Shown: one piece after another, positions 57,020 through 64,000 of the stretch | How the letters are laid out: each line of letters starts with the position of its first letter | Numbering within the stretch: position 1 is the stretch's first letter | Assembly (NCBI GenBank): GCA_963674595.2 | Contig: CAXXFV010000006.1 | Coordinates: forward strand, 64,001-128,000 | Direction of reading: 5' to 3' | Length of the DNA stretch: 64,000 bases | Origin: a bacterium | GTDB lineage: Bacteria; Zhuqueibacterota; Zhuqueibacteria; Residuimicrobiales; Krinioviventaceae | Made by a program: the position numbers and the translations under genes | The notes under the pieces: model-generated | Told to the model about the DNA's origin: nothing | Databases searched by the model: none | Seen by the model: only the letters and a program-made list of their open reading frames with translations

Positions 57020-57735
57020 AAAAGTTCTTGATCAGCTTCTATAAACAGGCAAATACTAACATTGTTAATAAATAACGAATCAATTGTATTGTATAAATCC
57101 TCCGCTACTATTAATTTGTCCCTTAATGCAAGTCTATGTTCGATATCAATATCTATAGTGAGATATTTATCTGCCTCTATAGGACGCTCTAAATAAGGTA
57201 AAGTTAATGTTCTAATTGTTAGTCCAAAATATTTTAATAAACCATACTGATTTTGGTGGAATTTTTTTTCTATTCTTGGTAATGTATAATATAGCATTAG
57301 TTCAATATATTTATCAGAATTCATTTTTGCGATTTGTGAAATGATATGAACATCTTGTGTATCCGGAATTAATACAAACAGACCTGAACCTATTATTACA
57401 TTTCGGATGTCTGTACTTTTAATTTTTTCGTATAGTATTTTTTTTGCACACTTTATTTCATCTGAATTGATGAAATCCGGATCAGAATATAATTTTTGAA
57501 TTAATTCCGACCAAACAGGCAATTCTCCTTCAATCATAATATATCGAAGTTCGGAAATGATCACATCTAATAAAGTGTAGGGACTTGTATGATACTTGTC
57601 ATCTTTTGGTTTATCTTTTATATAATTTTCAAATTCGACTGATAATGATTTTTTTAAATTTTGAGCTTCAGAAGCACTATTTAACAGAATTAAACAAATA
57701 ATGGTCAGGATTATAGAATTATGATATGTTTTCAT
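57016..57735 (-). CDS. Hypothetical secreted protein
   Basis: 239 aa; signal-like N-terminus; very AT-rich. Confidence 0.65.
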   Translation of the reverse strand: MKTYHNSIILTIICLILLNSASEAQNLKKSLSVEFENYIKDKPKDDKYHTSPYTLLDVIISELRYIMIEGELPVWSELIQKLYSDPDFINSDEIKCAKKILYEKIKSTDIRNVIIGSGLFVLIPDTQDVHIISQIAKMNSDKYIELMLYYTLPRIEKKFHQNQYGLLKYFGLTIRTLTLPYLERPIEADKYLTIDIDIEHRLALRDKLIVAEDLYNTIDSLFINNVSICLFIEADQELL

Positions 57736-57905
57736 GTTTTATGCCTTTGGTATAGCATTTAGTTCAGTTATAAGCAGGTTATTTGCCCACCATTTAATTG
57801 TTATTAATCTTTAAGGATAATCAAAACCAAAGATTGATAGAATACTTTTTGCAGAGTATTCTTTTTATACAACATAGTTATTAACTCAGCCCTAAAATTC
57901 TCCCA

Positions 57906-59492
57906 TTAATTGCCCTGGTATTCAAAATAATCGAACCTGGCCGGTTCCTGACAATCCTTGCCTTTGCCTGTGGCGTAAAGTCCGACATATACGCCTGTGA
58001 ATCCGCCGACTGTTTCCGTACTCAGGAACCTGGAATCAACCTGTTCGATATGAACATAATCTCCTCCCTGGGAACAGGAGAAGGTAAAAGAGGTCGTTTC
58101 GCCTGTAATCCTCAGGTTAACGGGTCCGGGTTTGAGTATAAACTCTTTGGACCGGTAGGTAATTGAACCAAAATGCAGCTCAGCGTAGATTATCCGCTCT
58201 TTGCCTGATTTTTTAACAAACAAATCGAAATGCTGACCGTTATTCAGTAATATCAATCCGGCCTGTTCATTATCATTTTTCGGATTAAATTCAAGACTTG
58301 TCGTCGCTGTAAAATTCATGTGCTGTAATCTTTTGCCGATAAACGCCGGTGTTCCTTTATCGCCGATTTGTTGTGCCAATCCATTTAGATATAAAACACC
58401 GTCTTTAATATGATAAAATAACTGTTCTTTTTTCAGGGGCTGGATAATGTTCCAGTCCAATGCCAGCTTTTGATTATCAAACTCATCTCTTGCCGGTTTT
58501 TGGGGAAAGGGTTGTAACGGCAGTGTCGGACAGGTCATATCAATTGTTACGGTACCGTTGCCGTTAACAACGGGCCAGCCGTTTTTTGGCCAGGTTACCG
58601 GTGCCAGACAGGTTTCGCGGCCTAAAATATGGTGAAAAGGGTATCCAAGCGATTTTCGGTAACCATGAAAAATCATCCACCATGAGCCGTCATGCGCCTG
58701 AACCAGGTCGGCATGTCCGACCCCTTGAATAGGATTATTTTGTCCGGCTGCATTGGCATGTGCCAAAATCGGATTCGAAGGATTTTTCGTATAGGGTCCC
58801 CAAATTGTATTACTTTTAGCAATGGTTTCACAATGCGCTTCTTCGGTACCGCCTTCGGCCGCCATGAGGTAGTAATAGCCGTCTTTTTTATAAATGCGGG
58901 GACCTTCGGCGTATCGTCCGCCTGTTCCGAACCATAATTTCCGTCCTTCAGTCAGCAATTCGCCGGTTTGTAAATTGATTTCATATAATATAAATTTGGA
59001 AGAGATCACATAGGTTTTTCCATCCTCATCAAAAAACAATTCCGGATCAATACCGGGAATATCAATCCATACCGGATTTGACCAGGGCCCGGCCGGATCG
59101 GTCGCTGTGATATAAAAATTGCCGCCTTTGCCGACATTGGTTGTGATCATGTAATAAATGCCGTTATGATAACGGATTGTAGCGGCATAAATATTTAATC
59201 CATCCGGCATTTGTTCGGCACGGTCAATACAATAACCGATTTGCTGCCAGTTTACCAGGTCTTTACTGTGAAAAACCGGCACACCGGGAAAATATTCAAA
59301 GGTACTGGTAACCAGATAATAGTCATCTCCAACCCGGCATACGCTAGGATCAGAATAAAAGCCGGGTATGACCGGATTATGAAAAGTGATTTTTTCATTG
59401 GGGGCCGTTTTAACGGCAAAAGGATTGTTATGAACTTGAGCATGAATCGTCATGTTAAAAACCAGTAATAATATTAATATGTTATTTTTCAT
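57906..59492 (-). CDS. Glycoside hydrolase family 43 (beta-xylosidase/arabinofuranosidase) with C-terminal beta-sandwich
   Basis: NPVIPGFYSDPS, STFEYFPGVP, GIDP, AEGP, AEGGT, GHADLV, LGRET, GGFTG. Confidence 0.93.
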   Translation of the reverse strand: MKNNILILLLVFNMTIHAQVHNNPFAVKTAPNEKITFHNPVIPGFYSDPSVCRVGDDYYLVTSTFEYFPGVPVFHSKDLVNWQQIGYCIDRAEQMPDGLNIYAATIRYHNGIYYMITTNVGKGGNFYITATDPAGPWSNPVWIDIPGIDPELFFDEDGKTYVISSKFILYEINLQTGELLTEGRKLWFGTGGRYAEGPRIYKKDGYYYLMAAEGGTEEAHCETIAKSNTIWGPYTKNPSNPILAHANAAGQNNPIQGVGHADLVQAHDGSWWMIFHGYRKSLGYPFHHILGRETCLAPVTWPKNGWPVVNGNGTVTIDMTCPTLPLQPFPQKPARDEFDNQKLALDWNIIQPLKKEQLFYHIKDGVLYLNGLAQQIGDKGTPAFIGKRLQHMNFTATTSLEFNPKNDNEQAGLILLNNGQHFDLFVKKSGKERIIYAELHFGSITYRSKEFILKPGPVNLRITGETTSFTFSCSQGGDYVHIEQVDSRFLSTETVGGFTGVYVGLYATGKGKDCQEPARFDYFEYQGN

Positions 59493-59579
59493 TATTTACT
59501 TTTTTCTCATTTGTGATAATAATACCCGTGTTTTAAGTTTTGGCCATTCTGAATGCAAATCTAGAATAATGTCAAATAA

Positions 59580-59608
59580 ATAGTACGAACTATGAGAAAA
59601 CATAGCAA
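59580..59608 (-). promoter_or_regulatory. Putative sigma70 promoter
   Basis: TTGCTA-N17-TACTAT upstream of the GH43 gene. Confidence 0.45.
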
Positions 59609-59661
59609 GAGATTTTTGTAAAATAGTTGTGCAAAAGGAGGGAGGCCCCCATTGACAATTT

Positions 59662-61666
59662 TTATTTTAAAAGTAAACATTTTTTAGTAAACGTGTAATC
59701 AGAACTGGTGAAATGGATCAGATACAATCCGGACTGAACAGATTCACCCGCATTGTCCATTCCATCCCATTGAATTTTATGCGAACCGGCGTTAAAATGA
59801 TTTTCCGCCAGGCTGCGGATTTCCTGACCCAGCACATTATAAATGCTGATGTGCACCAGGTTGTCTGCTGGAATTTTAAATACAATAAAAGTTGATGAAT
59901 TGAATGGATTGGGATAGTTTTGTTCCAGTTCGCAGGAGGAGGATAATGATATTGGAGAACTGTTTGAAACGTCCGTTGTTATGGGTATAATATCTCCTTC
60001 TATTAAAACCGGTTCATATCCCAATTGTATTGTGAATTCGCCGTTCACTCCGGTAATCGTTTTTTCTTGTGGAACCGTGTTTAACGTGTCTGTAATAATA
60101 TGTATTAATTTTAAAGAATCAATATTATCTAAATTTTTAAATGTGACATATTCTCCGGTGGGATTGTTTCTATAGTCAAAGTCTGGCGGCGGTTCTCCGG
60201 TTTCACTCCATAATACGGAAAGGGGACCGGAAAGACGCTGGAATTTATAAAACCGGGTTCGCGGATCATCGCTTATTTTAAATTTTTCAACAGTTGTAAA
60301 ATCGCCCAGCATTTCAACAAGCAGTTTATAGGTATAGTAGCTTGGTTTTTCCGGATACCCTTGAGACCGCACGCCAATAAAATTGACCCAGCCGATACTA
60401 CCCAACAAATAGTTTCGAAATTCAGGAACATCATTCGTGCCGGATAAACATGCCCGTTCGGCACCTTCACCAAATGCCGTAACAAAAGATTTGACGACCT
60501 CTCTGGCATGGCGCGCATAATACCAGTTGGTTATTTCAGAATTTTCGTTGATCAATTCTGTTAATAACATGGCATGGGGATCATTACCCGTAAACAATGA
60601 ATTTGGAAAATCTCCATATATTTTTTTTGCCCAGTCGCTGCTTGAAGGCTGGTAGGCAGGTGCATTGAACTGGCAAAAACCGGGTATAGTCAGTCCAAAA
60701 TTATACCCTACACTGCTGATCGTCGTCCACATATCGTCTACATATATGGGTTTATCTCCTGCATGGTCATGAATAAAAGCAAACTCCTGGTCGATAATAC
60801 GCCAACCGAAATGAGGATGCCAACCGATATAATCACACTCGATGCCGTCTTCGTCGTTGCCAAAACTATCCAGCATTTTTTTAAGACTGTCCCAACCGGC
60901 CGTATAGGTGCTGCTGCGATAGTTTTCGCCATTCAATCGTTTTTTGGACTAAACTGTTTGGGTCCTGAGGATCAAATTCAGGATAATCGGGGAAATCTGC
61001 AAACAGATCAAACAAAATTGCCCCGGCAGACACAACCTTTGTATTGCCCGTGGGGTCTGCTTCTTGAATAGCCGTATAGGTAATCCGGTGAAGATGTAAA
61101 AGATTATCGATGGTGTCATACCAGTAGGGGCCCCACTCGGCGTCGCCTTTGCCGGAACCGCTGTACCGGATTTCACCCGAATATACATAAAACCGGATTG
61201 GATGGGTCAATCCTTCCATGTCATTGATTCCGTCGCCATCGTATCTTTCCACAACCGCTTTTATAAAATCTATCCAGTATTGTTCAAACGCAGAATCCGG
61301 GGCTGCTTCACCCACCTGAGGAATATCTTTATCGGGAAACGCCCATTGCGCATCGCAATTTAAATAGGGTGTAAGGGTAAAACCGTGTTTTTGAAACACC
61401 GTTACAATATCGTCCATCTTTTTAAAATTAATGGGATCAGAAGCGCCGGTTTGCATGTCGTTCCAGCTTGCCACACCATTTACGTTAATTCCGCCAGGTG
61501 TCCCCAGTTTTTCAAGTTTAGTGAGAAGGTGCTCTATGTGCGGATCATACCATGATAATCCGGCCTCATTCCATTCCAGCCCAAATCGCCAACTGACCTG
61601 AGCTTTGGCTGCCGGTAAAGCGATGAGCATTAAAGCCGTAAAAAGTAAAAATGCAGATTTTTTCAT
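59662..61666 (-). pseudogene. Secreted glycoside hydrolase-like (GH-A clan-like) protein with FlgD/secretion CTD, split by a 1-nt insertion in an A-run
   Basis: Removing one A from A6 (60940-60945) fuses ...SLVQKRLNGENYR...; AVVERYDGDG, AIQEADP, KPSYYTYK, NYPNPFN. Confidence 0.8.
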
Positions 61667-62018
61667 ATTCGTCTCTCCAGAAATTTTGTTGTTCTACTTT
61701 TGAAGAGTCTGTCATATGAATTAGGCTAATAGTTTTAATAATAAAACATCAGGACGAAAACGTTTAATCCAAAACAATATCTTTACGAATGAGATCACAA
61801 CGCCCATGATAAGGATAAAGATACGGCTGCTGTTTCAAGTAATAGTCGAGATGTAATTATTATAAAAGAATTTTTTTTAAAGCTAAAAATTAATATAAAT
61901 GGGACAAATTGTTGACTTTTTCAAACCTGTTATCTTAACTATTTGCGTTGAGGTTGACTTTTTATTTATCCAAATTTTGTATTTTTTTTGCAACTCGGAA
62001 TTTTATCGAATAATTGAT

Positions 62019-63953
62019 CTAGCTGTTCCACAGATCGTTTAGTGACACGTTTAACGGTTCCGGTTTTGAACTGCTGATAAAAATGCGGAACCACAGATCA
62101 AAAGCCAGTATCATATATAATAACCGGCCCCAGTTTTGTTGCCCGGAGCGGTGTTCATTAATAGTTTGTTCGATAAAATTAAGGTTAAAATAATCGGCAT
62201 CGCACAAATCGGGGCTTAATATATTGTTCACAGATCGGTTGCCAATGGCTTTACGTAACCATACGCCTGTTGGGGGTGCAAAACCGCCTTTTTGTTTTTC
62301 CAGATTTTCATGCGGAAGGACTTTTGCGGCAATAAAATCATATTGTGCTTTTTTAAGCCAGCCATTACTTCTCATTAATTGTATTGTATTACCGCCGACT
62401 TTATGAGATTGGGGCAGACGACAGATCACATCGCACACGTCCCGGTCGAAAAAGGGTTCCCGGACCATAATATTATGGGCGTCGGCCATTCTACCGATTT
62501 TTTGAAATACGCCAAAGCTGCCGTCAACATAAAAGTCCTGAATGGCCAACCGGTCATATTCATTGGCATGATCAGCAACCGGCACATCAAGACTGACATC
62601 CAAATTAACCAGTTCCTGCATGCGTGGATTGAAAAGTTTTTTTATCGGTTCCAGTCCCATTGTATGCCATAACGGACGGGCCAGACGATCAAAATAAGCC
62701 TGTTCCAAACTAAACAGGGAACACCGCAAAATTCTCTGAACAGCCGACAACATTTGGTTGTTTGACAATCCGTTCTGGCATGTTTTCCTGAGAACGGATG
62801 ATAAACCGGTGGGTTTGATTAATGCCTGTACATATTTCCTGCGGACAGCCAGCGGGTAATGACGGCCAAATAAATGGTCCGGACCGTCACCGGAAATAAC
62901 GCCTTGTACAAGTCCTTTGGCATATTCAAGAACATGATATACCGGAACTGCCGAGGAATCGGCTAACGGCTCCTCAGTCCACCAGGCAATTTGCGGCAGG
63001 ATTTGAATTGCCTGTTCCATATTAGGTATCATTTCGTGGTGTTTTGTTTTAAAATGATCTGCAATAATTTGTGCAAATCCCGATTCGTCGAGACGTCCGT
63101 GAGGTATTTTTGCTGAAATCGTTGTAACCGGTTGTGAAGAAACTGAACTTGCTATGGCCACGTTGGTGCTGGAATCCAGTCCGCCGCTTAAAAGTAAACC
63201 GATATTTTTATCTGTCTGTAGTCTTTTTTCTATGGAGTGCTGAAAATAGTGATACATCTCATCAGCCGGCGTGTTATTGCCATCGGTAAAACTTTCAAAC
63301 CAATCCACCCTACTTACCGTCACCTTGTTATTTTCATAAACGACCACACACCCGGGGGCCAGTTTGTTTACACCCTGAAAAAGACTTGAGGGAGGTAAAA
63401 TATGTCCGGTTGTGAAAAATTGCGCCAGTACGGTTTCATTGACGTTGCGTTTAAAATTGGGTATGTGCAATAGCGGTTTAAGGGTTGTTGAAAAGGCAAA
63501 AAAGGAAGAATTTGCTATATAAAATAATCTGTAAATTCCGCCATACCGGTCCAGACCTGCGGTGAGCCTTTGATGCTGTTCGTCCCAAACGGCAAAGGCA
63601 TGCAATCCGTCCAGCCGGCGCAGCAATTCTGCACCTTCCTCTTCATACAGGTGCGCAACCAGTTCGGCATCGCAGGATGTTTTAATCTCATGTCCTTTTA
63701 AAAGCAGCCAATCGCGTATTTCACGAGTGTTGTGTATTTCACCAGCTACAACAGCCCGGATTTTTCCGGATTCATTAGATGCGATAACGGCTTTTTGTGT
63801 TTCTTTGAGTATGGGGTGTCGGTTAACACCCAGTGCTGCTATTGATTTATAATAATTATCATGATTTTGTTGTGCTAATCCCTGCTCCATATATTCGAGT
63901 ATGTTTTTAACCTGTCCCTTTACCGGATCGATGCATCCATAGATAGCGTGCAT
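62019..63953 (-). CDS. Asparagine synthetase-like (AsnB family) amide ligase with a degenerate glutaminase domain
   Basis: LLSGGLDSS PP-loop, EEPLADSS, SGDGPDHLFG, REPFFD, KGGF; N-terminus MHAIYG instead of MCGI. Confidence 0.85.
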   Translation of the reverse strand: MHAIYGCIDPVKGQVKNILEYMEQGLAQQNHDNYYKSIAALGVNRHPILKETQKAVIASNESGKIRAVVAGEIHNTREIRDWLLLKGHEIKTSCDAELVAHLYEEEGAELLRRLDGLHAFAVWDEQHQRLTAGLDRYGGIYRLFYIANSSFFAFSTTLKPLLHIPNFKRNVNETVLAQFFTTGHILPPSSLFQGVNKLAPGCVVVYENNKVTVSRVDWFESFTDGNNTPADEMYHYFQHSIEKRLQTDKNIGLLLSGGLDSSTNVAIASSVSSQPVTTISAKIPHGRLDESGFAQIIADHFKTKHHEMIPNMEQAIQILPQIAWWTEEPLADSSAVPVYHVLEYAKGLVQGVISGDGPDHLFGRHYPLAVRRKYVQALIKPTGLSSVLRKTCQNGLSNNQMLSAVQRILRCSLFSLEQAYFDRLARPLWHTMGLEPIKKLFNPRMQELVNLDVSLDVPVADHANEYDRLAIQDFYVDGSFGVFQKIGRMADAHNIMVREPFFDRDVCDVICRLPQSHKVGGNTIQLMRSNGWLKKAQYDFIAAKVLPHENLEKQKGGFAPPTGVWLRKAIGNRSVNNILSPDLCDADYFNLNFIEQTINEHRSGQQNWGRLLYMILAFDLWFRIFISSSKPEPLNVSLNDLWNS

Positions 63954-64000
63954 GAATAATATGCTCCTTTCAGATATAAAGAGTGGTTTTAATTTTAGTA

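Overview
AT-rich bacterial window with almost all genes on the minus strand. It probably comes from an FCB-group lineage outside Bacteroidota, such as a KSB1/Calditrichota-like organism. This is an inference from NYPNPFN/FlgD-type C-terminal domains, canonical TTG-N17-TATAAT-like promoters and AGGAG Shine-Dalgarno sites. The first 31 kb is one locus: a sigma54 promoter and palindromic enhancer precede a membrane-fusion protein, a four-helix-bundle protein, a single ABC ATPase and at least 10 tandem, highly divergent double-MacB/FtsX permeases, with an esterase and an S41 peptidase embedded. A divergent NtrC-type regulator/kinase pair sits beside it. Four permeases share an almost identical last ~150-180 bp despite divergent bodies, which suggests recombinational cassette exchange. 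The remaining 33 kb is an accessory patchwork (GH106, GH43, BNR sialidase-like, PAS kinase, AraC, secreted CTD proteins, AsnB-like). It contains an orphan integron-type cassette with a decayed attC, two families of duplicated promoter/5'-end segments bracketing gene blocks, and three interrupted genes. I found no rRNA, tRNA, CRISPR array, transposase or integrase.
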